A stretch of 38,545 nt of DNA, from positions 124,316,339 through 124,354,883 of the forward strand of contig NC_068983.1 of NCBI RefSeq assembly GCF_001194135.2, written 5' to 3'. Numbering within the stretch: position 1 is the first letter of the stretch; each line of letters begins with the position of its first letter. The stretch comes from Octopus bimaculoides (taxonomy: Eukaryota). A program made the position numbers and the translations under genes. Positions 23,041 through 34,859 of the stretch are shown piece after piece. A model generated the notes under the pieces. It did not search any database, was not told where the DNA came from, and saw only the letters and a program-made list of their open reading frames with translations.

Positions 23041-23269
23041 ACAGTTTAATAAGATTTTACGTCTCGAGCTCGGTATGTTTCAGTAAAGTTAGTTGATTGC
23101 GTTAGAGTACAGTATTGATAGCAATCACTTATTGTAGTGGTTACTTAAACTCAATATCAACCGAACAAATGGGCCCGGTATATTTCAATTATAACTTCAG
23201 TTAGTATTTATTTCTCATATTCCTTGCTACTTTTAAAATTATTTCAATAATTAACTCACTGAACTTGGA

Positions 23270-24115
23270 GTACGGTGAATAAACTGTCGTCTAAATTACG
23301 CAAAAATGAAAATAACATCTCATTTTAACTGATATACTTAGCAAAATTACATGAAAATATCTTGAAATACTAAAGAGTAAATTTATTCAATAAAATCGCC
23401 ATTGTCTTCAATAACGGACTCCAGACGACTTCAGAATATCCTGTAGCACTTCTGGACGATCTTGTTTAAGTTGGGCGAATGCTGCTATAATCCTTGTCTT
23501 CAGTTCATAATTGGTGTTACAAGGAGTTTTGTTGGTCTCTCGCTCAACTGCGCCCCACACATAATGATCAAGGGGTTGAAGTCTGGGAGTTGGGTGGCCA
23601 GGTGGTAGGAGTGAGATGGCCACAAAAATTGTCCGACAGCCATAACTGACTTCTCCTGCTGGTGTGGCATGGTGCAGAGTCCTGTTGCCAGACATAGTCT
23701 TCCAGCAGCCACCCTCTTGACCCACGACAGCACTACCTCCTGCAGGCATTTGATGTAGGCCTCCGTATTTTATTGTGAAGCCGTGTTGGAAGATGAATGG
23801 AGGCATAACGTCGCTATTACTAGTGATCACTCCAAACACCATGATGTTGACTGGGTGTTTGATATTCATCACTCTCGGTACATGTCCTTAGATTGCACTG
23901 CCCTGAGATTGACACTCAAACACTCTGAAATGTTCCGGCGCGAATACCAAGCAATACAGCATGTAGTTTCCAAATTTCTGGCAGAGTGAACTGCGTCATG
24001 GCGCTGTTTTTCTCACCGACGGTACCCAACTGACCCTACTATACAGTGTAGTCAACAAAATCAAAAACAAACAATGTGCATGCGTGAAATATAAAATGGC
24101 GACATTTTACCCTGT
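23270..24115 (-). mobile_element. maT (DD37D-type) Tc1/mariner, internally deleted, both ends roughly retained
   Basis: N-terminal MTQFTLPEIWKLHAVLLGIRAG is joined to VMNIKHPVNIMVFGVITS...YVWQQDSAPCHTSRRSQLWLSDNF...WPPNS...YVWGAVERETNKTPCNT, with frameshifts. Confidence 0.93.
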
Positions 24116-24394
24116 ATATGTATACGTATATGTATAAGTGTGTGTGCGTTTGTATGTTTATAAGTATATATATAAATACCTATATGAGTTACAGTGTTTG
24201 TATACATATAAGTTTGTACATATGTATGCATACATGGGTATGTATGGAAATCACACGAACCTATCCAGAGATATGATGGCTATTATCAACCTGCATGGAT
24301 TATAGGAGTGGAGTGTGGAACCGTTTGTCGAGACTAAAGCTTTTGGTAAACTATCGTGCTTTCAGTACATCTAAGTTTCTGCATACATACGTAC

Positions 24395-24498
24395 ATGTAT
24401 ATATATACGTATATATGCATGTGTGTGTGTGTGCGTGTGTGTGTGCGTGTGTGTGTGTGTGTCTATGTGTGTGTTTGTGCGCGCGCGCGCACACACAC
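24395..24498. repeat. (TA)/(TG)n/(CG)n/(CA)n compound tract
   Basis: Directly visible. Confidence 0.93.
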
Positions 24499-25154
24499 AA
24501 ACGTTTATGTACACGTAGTTTTATATTCAAATATGTATATGTATATATTGCACTTCATTACTTGTATAATGTTATGGTTTGAGCAACCATATTTTTGAAG
24601 ATTTTTTATTAATCTGTTGTTTACGTTCACCACATACATCGATTCCTCGATTTACATAAATATTCACGCGTTTGTATGCATCAGTGCGTGAGTTTGTGTG
24701 CTCATGCAAATGTGAATGTGTACGTCCCCACGTGAATCCTAGAAAGTGTAAGTGAATGCATAGAGACATACATATCCTTTATGTACGCGTTCTTGTAAAT
24801 ATATGTACATGTATATATATATGCACACACACACACACATATATAACTCCATACTAAAAATAAGAGCCATCGTCATGAAACATACATTACGATAGTACAA
24901 TAAGTACAATTATAAATTTATTTATATTCCATTCCCAATCACAAATCCCAGTCAAAGATAAAATAACTTAATCAGAAATTTCTTGTTAAAATACACCTAC
25001 AGATTATGAAAAAATATTTCTATTTATAATTCACAAACACATCCTTATTCCATATACTAATCAGCAGTATTCACATATTTGTACATTCATGTGTCTTTCA
25101 GGGTTCATGAAACAATTTTCCACAGAAAGATTAATAAAATATTTTCATGCAAAT

Positions 25155-25194
<40 letters not shown>

Positions 25195-25279
25195 CTCATC
25201 TTATCTATATAATTAGAATATGCTTAATGGAATGTTTACTTATATATTTTTATACTATGTTTAACAATTGATAATTAAG

Positions 25280-25670
25280 AAGTTCCTTAACCCCTTGTGG
25301 GTCACTGGGATGTTGCAGCAATGCAACAAATCTTGGGCGTGAAAGCCTGGCGGAGTCCATCCTATTCCGGGCTAAACTCATTTCTACAGCTGAGTGAACT
25401 GGAGCAACTTGAAATGAAGTGTTTTGCTCAAGAACATAACGGGTCGCTCGATCCAGATCGAAACCACAATCTTACGATATTGAATCCAGCACTCTAACCA
25501 CTAAGCAACGCGCCTCCATTAGTTGTACTCCTTTCTACAGCTGAGTGGACTGGACCAACGTGAAATGAAGTATTTTGCTTAAGGACACAACGCATGGTCC
25601 AGGAATCGAAACCACAATTTTACGATCGTAAGTCGAACACCCTAACTACTAAGCCACACGCCTCCACTTA
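25280..25670 (-). mobile_element. SINE family C (tRNA-headed), tandem pair
   Basis: Two heads on the minus strand (tggaggcg(c/t)gt(t/g)gcttagt(g/a)gttag...gtttcgat) at about 25460-25520 and 25610-25668. Each is followed by the body aaaacacttcatttca...ccagt(t/c)cactcagctgtagaaa. Confidence 0.9.
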
Positions 25671-28501
25671 GATTATGTTGCAAATTGTTAATAGCCTATA
25701 CCTGAAAACAGTTTTCACACCAAGTGAGGTAGCCGATATATATTTAAGAACAATTCAGTCATCGGCGAATTTATTTTATCACCCCCTGCTGATCGGAAGC
25801 GAGAAACGTCGAACAGCGAATCGCATCGATTCGATTTTGAATATTATTCCACTCGATACAACGTTATTGAGGACTTTCTGCAACTTAATCGAATCCACAC
25901 CATTGTCATACTATTACATACATGCTTCATACATACGCAAATGGATACATACATGCATACATGCATACATTCATAAATACATACGTACATACATACGCGG
26001 ACTGCTGTATACATACACACACATTCTCTGTTTGGAGCTAGGAAGTCATAGTTCAAATGTATACCCAGTACACTTGTTGGAGAGAATGGATATATGCATA
26101 TAAGCAGCAATTGAATTTTAAGTATAAATTGGTTAAAAATGATTAACTCTAGTGAAGGAGGCCTCTATATAGAAATCAGGAAATCACTTTAGTATTTCAG
26201 GTCGAGTAGAATGCGTCATGTGTTTTTTTTATGAACGTACCTTATCAGCTCTAACGAAAAATAAGTTTTTTTTAAAGATGGAATAATTGACATATATTCT
26301 ATTCTGTTATCAATGTTATCCACCGGGAAAATTTAATTGGAGAATCGCGTTGTATTATCATTGTTAAATTCAAGTCATATCATCATTTACTTAACTCAAT
26401 TAAAGTAAGAAGATTTTTGAAAAATCCTGTTATTGATTGAGTAGTTCTATATATTATGACAATTCATTCATATCGTTTTCATAAGTTACAATGAAGAAGA
26501 ACATGCCCGAGGATAGGAAGCTAATCTATAGTAGTTATTTAATAGTCGTATTCTTAATTGTTTTGCTCTAAACTTAAACAGCTTTTTCTCCCTCTAATGA
26601 ATAGAACGTTTCGAATAATTGTAGTAGTGGCTACTTTAACCGAGAGAACATTTTTACAGTGGGCGTCAACTTAGTTTCAGTAAATATTTCGATCTATAGA
26701 ATTATCCTTATATTTTTCTTTCTTTGTTTCTACTTCCACCCCTTTCCTTATCTTTTCATATCTTCATTTCTATTCTTTTAGTCGCTCCCGTCCCCCTTTC
26801 TGTCTTTTTATATATTACACTCCTTCTCAATTGCTCATTCCGTCGTCACACTTCTCTATATTCAGCTCTATAATCCCCCACGCCTTAATTCCCTGTATCA
26901 ATCCACTTCCATTTGGTCCATTTGTTTTCTTCCTAACTTGTAAGGATGTAATTCACTCCAACAATCCACATTCAGTTTGAAGAACGTCACACAGTTTTCT
27001 TCTTTACTTCTATTCTTTATAAATTTTTATTTTAATTTTCCCTTCTTTTCAGACATTGCTTCTACTAATCAACATTGAAGATGGACATTAAATATTTGTG
27101 TTCTATTCTTTTTCTTGGCCATCTGATTATATAAGGATTTCTTTATTGCTAATTTTTTTCGAATCTTTTATTAAAACTCTGACCAGATGTAAATTTTTAA
27201 TCTTACAGTTTCAATGTTTTCCGTTGCAAACTTGAAAAAACAAATGGACAACGAGGTTTAGCATTTTCAAACATAATCTGAGGAGTGAGAAGGGAAACCT
27301 GTCCAATCGAAAAAGAAAATAGCCAAATAGATTGCTTGCTAAAATCTTACACAAAAGGCATGAAAGCATTTAAATCACAAATGAAAACAAGTCGCAATAT
27401 TAGGAGAAGCCATGCCAAAAATTGATTTAGTGAAATTTAACCCTGTTTATAATAACATAGAAATTCATTTCCTGGTCAGTGACTTTCTGAAGGTTTCAAA
27501 GAATGGGAATGTCAAACAAGGTGTGCGCTAATATCTTTTATTTCGTTAATGCATTTCTGTTCAGGATAATGAAAATTCTGTTAAATATAACGTATATTTT
27601 AAATAATGTTCATATAATCTCTTTAGAAAATGAAAAACAATATCAAACTTTATAATACTTTACCATTGTATATTGAATATGAAAATATAACCAAGATGTG
27701 TATTTCTGTTGTGCTTTAAGTAAATTTGTATGACACGTGGGTACAATAAATCATAATAGAGTGAACGTACTCTAATTATGTCTAATGTTGGCTTGAAAAG
27801 TGATGATTATTATTTTAAAAGTTAAGTGGTAAGTAATGTATCTTTAGCTTAAATTACTAAGTCAATTAGTATTTTAGGCAGACTATAATATAGTTGAAGT
27901 GAAAACCGTATTGTTTGGGCAAGCTCCAATCAACCCTACCCGATTTCGATTGGCAGTTAGAACCATCTAACCTTATTTAGGATAAAGTGAACCCTGAACA
28001 GCATAATGCACAATTATCTCCCATTTTATTACAACTAGAAAAATATGCGTGTGTGTATGAATGAGTGTATAAATATTTTTTATATCGTTACTATTATGCA
28101 AAAGTGTCGTAAGTCCAAAACGTTGCTTTTCCAGGAAGCGAAAAAATAGTTTCACCATTACATTTCTTTTTACATTATCAACAGTTTCAGCTTAACAACA
28201 ACACTTTATTGGGTGCATAAAATCGTAACTCCATGCATATATGATATTTTCAGTTAGAAATATTTTCGCAAAACTGTCATATGTGGGACTTTTGAAAAAT
28301 GCTAAACCATCGTACTACACTTTAACAATTTTCATGCCTTGGCATCTGAAGCAACTGGAGATACGATACTTTGACTAAAAGAACCGGTTATTGCAAGCAA
28401 AATTAAACATCGAAAAAAAAACCGCATTTGGCCAAATTTGGATACAACAGTTTAACATAATAACAAGGATATATATATTTGCGCGTATATATGTGTATCT
28501 A

Positions 28502-28537
<36 letters not shown>

Positions 28538-28739
28538 AAAATATACGCCTCCTTTCACCATACTGATCTTGCCTTACCCCCTTCACTCTCCGATTAATGA
28601 CATACCTTCCTTCACGCCTTGTATTTCTTCTTGCTCTTTCTCTACCTATCTACTCCCCACTTTCAGCTGCTTACATTCTTCCTCCCCACTACCGTTTGCT
28701 CTTGTTCTTCCTCTTCTCCCCTTGAAGTTTTAAATCTCT

Positions 28740-29900
28740 AGCACTACTATGGTGTGTATCTGTGCTTTTGGAATAAATGTCAATTGTGATTGTGGTGTTG
28801 TTTTTAATTACCATTATGTCAAGAAATAGTAATTGTGTGTTGCTCATTTCTCTTGTGAATTTGAGACTAGGGTGTAGATTATTGAGGAGGGTGCTGAATT
28901 CTTCCAGATTTTCTAGGGATTTGGTCCAAATTAGGAAACAATCATCGAGGTATCTTTTCCATGTGTCCTCTATATGTCTTCTAAAGGTCATGCCGTAGTT
29001 CTCTTCAATTTTTTCTATATAAGTTTTGTTTCAATACAGAGTTCGCGAAAACTGGAGCAAATCGCGTTTCCAAAGCTGTGCCTCGAATTTCGAGGTAGTT
29101 CTTTTTCTGTTTAAAAGGAATGTATTGCTTTCGAGGATGAGGCTGACTGCGTCTAGTATGAAGGCTACAGTAAATATACTGGGGATAGCTTCTCTGTGTT
29201 TCTGGACCCACTATTTTATGGCGGTAATTCCCAAATCGTGTGGACTGTTCGTATGTAAGTTTGTTACATCAAAACTAACAGTGAATTGGATTCTGTTGTT
29301 TTGGGCAGATGTGACAGGAAATCGATGTAATCCTGAATGAAACTGGGTATGTAACATTATCCTAAAACCACTATGTAGTTACAGTAAAAAACTTCACCAG
29401 TCGTAGTTTCCGACAAAAGTTTTGGGCATCTTCCTCCAATTCCTGATGGTTGACTATAGGTGTAGGTGTGAATTTTAGCCCTTTCATCAATAATCGAAGT
29501 TCGTCACTATCTATATTTCTTTAATAATTTTAGGTTCTATCCTATCAGTTGTTTCACAGTTGTTTCTTCTTGGACTTTTTCTTTCTCCGGTGTTTGCTGT
29601 CCTGCCTTAAAAAATAAATTCTTTTTTATATATTATTTCTCCTATTATTAACATCATTTCTCTGGTGAGCTTTGTATTTTGGTTGTGGTATTTGGTTAGG
29701 CACGTTTTTTCTCTTGTTCCTAGGTATGGGTATATTATTTGTATTTTCAGTTGGTGCAAAGAATTTTTGGGGTTTATTTGAAAGTCTAGCATAGTTTTTT
29801 TGGGGGACGCTTAGGGACATTGTTATACTTTATAGAAGAACTTTGCAAACAAATTCATTTTGGAAAATACTGCACCTCAGATAAGATTAAGTCTAATAAA
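28740..29900 (-). mobile_element. Penelope-like element, N-terminal and RT remnant
   Basis: DELRLLMKGLKFTPTPIVNHQELEEDAQNFCRKLRL, then RGTALETRFAPVFAN, then WKRYLDDCFLIWTKSLENLEEFSTLLNNLHPSLKFT...FLDIMVIKNNTTITIDIYSKSTDTH. Contains deletions and frameshifts. Confidence 0.92.
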
Positions 29901-29939
29901 ATTTACATGACAGTCAACAATATTGGACTTGAAGTAAAA

Positions 29940-30325
29940 GGAAAAAAAAAACACAGGCTTTCAAATTAAAACGTACTTTATTAACCTGTTATCCACTCTA
30001 TACAATGAAGTAAGCATTGGAGATAAATCACAATGAGAGGCTCTCAGGAAAGTAAAATGAAAGACGTGCTGGGCATGAAATGAAAAGCTTTCAACAAATT
30101 GTTCAATAGCAATATTCTTTCTTCTCCAGAAAATGTCGACACTTTCGAAAAATCGTAAATCTGTATGAAGCAGTAACTGTAAGGCTTCCCCACCCAAAGA
30201 ACAACTTCAAACAAAAATTAGAATTTCTGGGAAAGATTGGATACATACAAAACAAATTTTAAGACTGGATGAGTGTTCTGGGTAAAGACAAAATTAGTTC
30301 TAAACTTTCCCTCAAATTTCGCTTT
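29940..30325 (-). mobile_element. Degenerate mariner transposase C-terminal remnant
   Basis: FGWGSL and TDLRFFESVDIFWRRKNIAIEQFVE resemble the mariner LGWEVL...SDYHLFRSLxxFLRGK region. Confidence 0.5.
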
Positions 30326-30721
30326 ATATACTGTCAGGAATATAACTAGCTTATCAGATGCAAAAATGTTTTACTAAGGTGAGATAGAAATAATATTATG
30401 ATTGAAAATAACAAAACAGTAATATTCCTAGCAAAAGTATGGCATTTACTCCACCTCTCCAAGTATTAAGACAAGAGATATAAATCTCTTGATACGAAAA
30501 GAATTTTCCCCACCAGCTTGTCTTATATCAAAAAGATCGGCATACCATCTTACGCTGAAACTACCAGGAAGTTCAATTCGCATTAGCGAGATCATATAAC
30601 CGACACACACCATGATGTTGCACTACCCCCTCCATCCTGCCCGTTGTATTTTCAACATTATCAGAACACAAGATACTCCTTTTTTGTCACAAATCGCATG
30701 CCCATTAGAGAAGTTAGTAAA

Positions 30722-30801
30722 CCGCGCTCTTAATCACTACGCCATATGCCCGTGGGCAATTATGGAGTGAATTTTAGGGCTTATAAATCTAATATTTTTC
30801 T
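30722..30801 (-). mobile_element. Inverted copy of the Penelope 3' junction
   Basis: 30726-30801 is the reverse complement of 31356-31431, with 1 mismatch in 76 bp. Confidence 0.95.
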
Positions 30802-31405
30802 AACGATCTGTTAAGCAACAACTACCCCAAAAGTATACTATCCACTCCAATTATGAAGAAGAGAGAGGATGAGGCCAATAAACTGTCCACAGTCTGTTTA
30901 CCCTATGTGAAAGGCCTCTCCGAAAAGATACAAAAGATATGCAGCTCATATGACAGGACAATATTCAAGAGTAATACAACACTTCGCAAATATCTCCTTC
31001 GAGTAAAACCACCAATAGAAGAGAATATGACCAAAGACTGCGTGTACTCCCTCCCATGCAGCTGTGGTAGATTATACAAAGGCGAAACATGTCGCCCCCT
31101 CAAAATAAGAGTAGACGAGACGAACATCGCAAAGCTGTGACACGAGGAGATAGTGATAAATCGGGTATAGCTGATCATGTATGAAAAAATGGAGACCACT
31201 TCCCCCTGTGGGATGAAGTTAAAATAATAAACAGAGAACCCCACTGGAAAATACAAAAACTAAAAGAAGCAGCACATGTGCTAGGACACAACAACCTCCT
31301 AAGCAGACCGAGTGCAGATATGAGTAGCATATGGGACCCGGTATTAAGGAAGGATAGAAAAATATTAGATTTATAAGCCCTAAAATTCACTCCATAATTG
31401 CCCAC

Positions 31406-31480
31406 GGGCATATGGCGTAGTGGTTAAGAGCACTGGCTACTAACCCCAAGATTCCGAGTTCGATTCCAAGCAGTAACCTG
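31406..31480 (+). promoter_or_regulatory. tRNA-like Pol III promoter module (A and B boxes) within the Penelope tail
   Basis: A-box TGGCGTAGTGG at 31413-31423 and B-box GTTCGATTCC at 31458-31467. A 7-nt CTACTAA loop sits at the anticodon position. The T-stem is unpaired, so this is not a functional tRNA. Confidence 0.7.
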
Positions 31481-31526
31481 AACAATAATAATAATAATAA
31501 TAACAACATCGAATGAGAACCCAGGT

Positions 31527-31566
31527 TTGAAGAAGGCTGGAGGGTATATCAGCCAAAACGTTGTGT
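31527..31566 (+). ncRNA. Degenerate minimal type I hammerhead ribozyme (PLE-type)
   Basis: TTGAAGA-A-GGCTG-gagggtatat-CAGCC-AAAAC-GTT. Stem II is perfect. The core differs from CUGANGA/GAAA at C3 and G12. Confidence 0.6.
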
Positions 31567-31859
31567 TAACAACAAACACGATGAGGACAAATATCCGTCG
31601 AATGTAAATAATGACCAAATTTAAGAGTGTGAATATATTTCCCCCAGCTTAAGCCTGTTTTATACACAAAAGTATTTTGTATGTATATACATATTTTGTA
31701 TGTATATACATATTTTGTGGTTGTGGACCTTGTTGCTGTAAACGATGAATAAGTGTTCCACAATGTCTTGCTGAAGAACTTGCACAATTGATTTATTTAA
31801 AGTGGTCAAATGTTTGTACTGTACATTAGTTCGCCCTCTCCATCGAATCGATATTGCTT

Positions 31860-31985
31860 GTACAGGTGTACGGTGTGTGTGTGTGTGGCTTGTACAGGAG
31901 CACGATGTGTGTCATGTGTCGAAGTGGTTGCAGAGCAACGTGAAATGAAGTGTTTTACGCAAGAGCACAACGCATCGTGATTGAA
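31860..31985 (-). mobile_element. SINE family C fragment
   Basis: gagcaacgtgaaatgaagtgttttacgcaagagcacaacgcat matches 25553-25595. Confidence 0.8.
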
Positions 31986-32234
31986 ACATTCTAACCTCTA
32001 GGTCACGTGCCTTTACTACATACGTACACACTTACATACATATATACATAAATATATACATACATATACACAACACATGTATCCTCGGGGTTATTAAATT
32101 GATGTGATTTTATCCATATTTCTAAATTATTACTGGTATTGTTTTACCATATAGTAATGTATCACGTTAGCAAGAATCAAAATTTAATAGATTTGTCCTA
32201 TTAGTAGATACTTACATACATACATTTATATATA

Positions 32235-32718
32235 NNNNNNNNNNNNNNNNNNNNNNNNNNNNNNNNNNNNNNNNNNNNNNNNNNNNNNNNNNNNNNNNNN
32301 NNNNNNNNNNNNNNNNNNNNNNNNNNNNNNNNNNNNNNNNNNNNNNNNNNNNNNNNNNNNNNNNNNNNNNNNNNNNNNNNNNNNNNNNNNNNNNNNNNNN
32401 NNNNNNNNNNNNNNNNNNNNNNNNNNNNNNNNNNNNNNNNNNNNNNNNNNNNNNNNNNNNNNNNNNNNNNNNNNNNNNNNNNNNNNNNNNNNNNNNNNNN
32501 NNNNNNNNNNNNNNNNNNNNNNNNNNNNNNNNNNNNNNNNNNNNNNNNNNNNNNNNNNNNNNNNNNNNNNNNNNNNNNNNNNNNNNNNNNNNNNNNNNNN
32601 NNNNNNNNNNNNNNNNNNNNNNNNNNNNNNNNNNNNNNNNNNNNNNNNNNNNNNNNNNNNNNNNNNNNNNNNNNNNNNNNNNNNNNNNNNNNNNNNNNNN
32701 NNNNNNNNNNNNNNNNNN
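32235..32718. other. Assembly gap
   Basis: N run flanked by (TA)n. Confidence 0.98.
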
Positions 32719-33274
32719 TATATATATATATATATGTATTTATGTATGTATGTATGTTTATTCAACAACATCTCTATATATTCGACACCAACCGCTTTAA
32801 CGAAAGAATAAAGACAACAGAAACTTTCAAACTTAATGGTATTGAAATGTACAAATAACCTTATAAACCGAGCAATTGAAAGTTGAAGTGACTAACGGTG
32901 TTTCATGTCAGATTATCAACCTACACTTATGCAGGAGACTCGTATGTTCAAAAGTTCAATGAAAAGCGAGAGAAAGTAACGAAACCTCTCGAGGGTTACA
33001 AATATTCACAAGTAAATAATTTTCAACACTTGCAATGTATTTGTGTCAATGATCAGGTTGCAGATGTGTGCAAAATTTTGACACCTTGAGAAATGAACAT
33101 TAAATGAATATAACAGCTATGTCTGTTCTTGAAAGGCTAAACTATCTCATCCGTAATTCAATTGCTAAATACAGCCATATTTCAATGACAATCATATTTA
33201 CATTAATGTTTGCAATAATATTTCCAATAAAAATTACACTAATTTTTATGTTATAATGATTAATAATGTTTTCG

Positions 33275-33490
33275 CTATGCGGCCTAGCAGAATCACGAGC
33301 TCATTGGATAAATTACCTGGCGACATTTCTTCTGACTCTTGACGTTCTAAGTTCAAATCCTGCCGAAGTCGTTTTTTTTTGTCGGTGGTCGATAAAAATA
33401 AGTACCAGTTAAACACTGGGGTCGATGTGATCGACTAGCCTTCTTCCTCAAAATTTTAGGCTTTGTGCCCGTAGCAGAAAGAAATAATTA
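33275..33490 (+). mobile_element. SINE family B
   Basis: gacgttctaagttcaaatcctgccgaagtcg...gtcgataaaaataagtaccagttaaacactggggtcgatgtgatcgac...ctttgtgcc. Confidence 0.88.
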
Positions 33491-34080
33491 CTGAAAATTA
33501 AGCACATTAATGCATTTATTATAATTCTTAAAACTTTTCTATATACTCACATCGTTAAAACCACTGCTCTACTAAATAGTAATTTTGTAAATCTCCATGC
33601 AGTTTTGTGTACTACTCAGAACACTTGAGTAAGACTTCTTCTGATTTTTATGTTAATGATAATGACGTGTGTATATTTGACATTATTGTGGAAATATTTT
33701 CCAGCTCACTTTATTAGAGATGCTTTATACTCAATGTATTGAAAATGCTTTCAATTGATAGTCTTATAAATGATTTAGCGAACGTTTTAAACAATTCGCG
33801 GTATAACAAACGTCTTAAAATTAATTTTATTACAATTTTTTTTTCTAAAAAATTAATTTCTGCTTCAAGCACTAATTAATTCTAAAATAAAAATGAATTT
33901 TTAACATGTCACTTTCGTGAAAAATTGAATTGCAGAATTTATGTAAAGCAAACAAACAAAAAATTTCTGGATTATATTTAAGAATACGTTAATTAATAAC
34001 TTCCCAACGTCTCATTTATTTGAAAACAGCTGTTCCAGCTCAGAGTATTGTTTAAATACAATGTATATATATATATATAT

Positions 34081-34305
34081 NNNNNNNNNNNNNNNNNNNN
34101 NNNNNNNNNNNNNNNNNNNNNNNNNNNNNNNNNNNNNNNNNNNNNNNNNNNNNNNNNNNNNNNNNNNNNNNNNNNNNNNNNNNNNNNNNNNNNNNNNNNN
34201 NNNNNNNNNNNNNNNNNNNNNNNNNNNNNNNNNNNNNNNNNNNNNNNNNNNNNNNNNNNNNNNNNNNNNNNNNNNNNNNNNNNNNNNNNNNNNNNNNNNN
34301 NNNNN

Positions 34306-34355
<50 letters not shown>

Positions 34356-34358
34356 GAG
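34081..34358. other. Assembly gap (34081-34305) followed by (GA)n
   Basis: Directly visible. Confidence 0.98.
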
Positions 34359-34363
34359 AAACT

Positions 34364-34832
34364 TGTTCCAGCAGCGACCAGCGAGAACGCTATATGCACT
34401 TTAGCCTTTTTTGAGTGTTTCCAATGGCGCATAATCTCAGCCAGCCACATACTTGGAGGAGCCCCCAAAAGCCGAAATCCATCTGGTACTCTCGCTATCC
34501 GCAAGTGGGACAAATTTTCATCTCCCTCTGTTATGTATTACGTCCACAAGCGACTTAATCTGAGAACAAATATCTCAGTAAGTGGACCGTCGACTGTGAC
34601 TATATATTAAATACGATACATATATGGCTATTTGAATACTGCCTAAGTTGCGTATACCGAATTTTTATTCAGTTGAGCGGTTGTTCCCAACATCAGTGAA
34701 TATTTTATTATTTCCTATATCAAAGACGACGAATTCTCTCCCGAGCCTGTAGCTGGCTGCCCATTCGCACCATTGAAAAGCCCCAAAAGATTGAAATACA
34801 TTTCGAGTTCTCGTTGATCGCTGCTGGGACGA
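34364..34832. mobile_element. Unclassified foldback/MITE-like element with about 90-bp imperfect TIRs
   Basis: 34364-34456 aligns with the reverse complement of 34741-34832. The outer 24 bp (gttccagcagcgaccagcgagaac) has 3 mismatches. Confidence 0.7.
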
Positions 34833-34859
34833 ATGTATACTTAAAGTATACACACTGTC

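Larger units (their letters stand above)
30802..31620 (+). mobile_element. Penelope-like element 3' part: GIY-YIG endonuclease and pLTR-like tail
   Basis: NNYPKS...CLPYVKGLSEKIQKIC...DCVYSLPCSCGRLYKGETCRPLKIRVDE, then (frameshift) SGIADHV*...PLWDEVKIINREPHWKIQKLKEAAHV. Followed by a tRNA-like head, (AAT)n and a hammerhead-like relic. Confidence 0.93.

Noticed and set aside
26700-27200. Purine-rich minus strand with faint LINE endonuclease-like words
   Set aside because: Many stops and no convincing catalytic motif.
31406-31480. Genuine tRNA gene
   Set aside because: The T-stem and acceptor stem do not pair, and the sequence is embedded in a PLE tail. Treated as a tRNA-derived promoter module.
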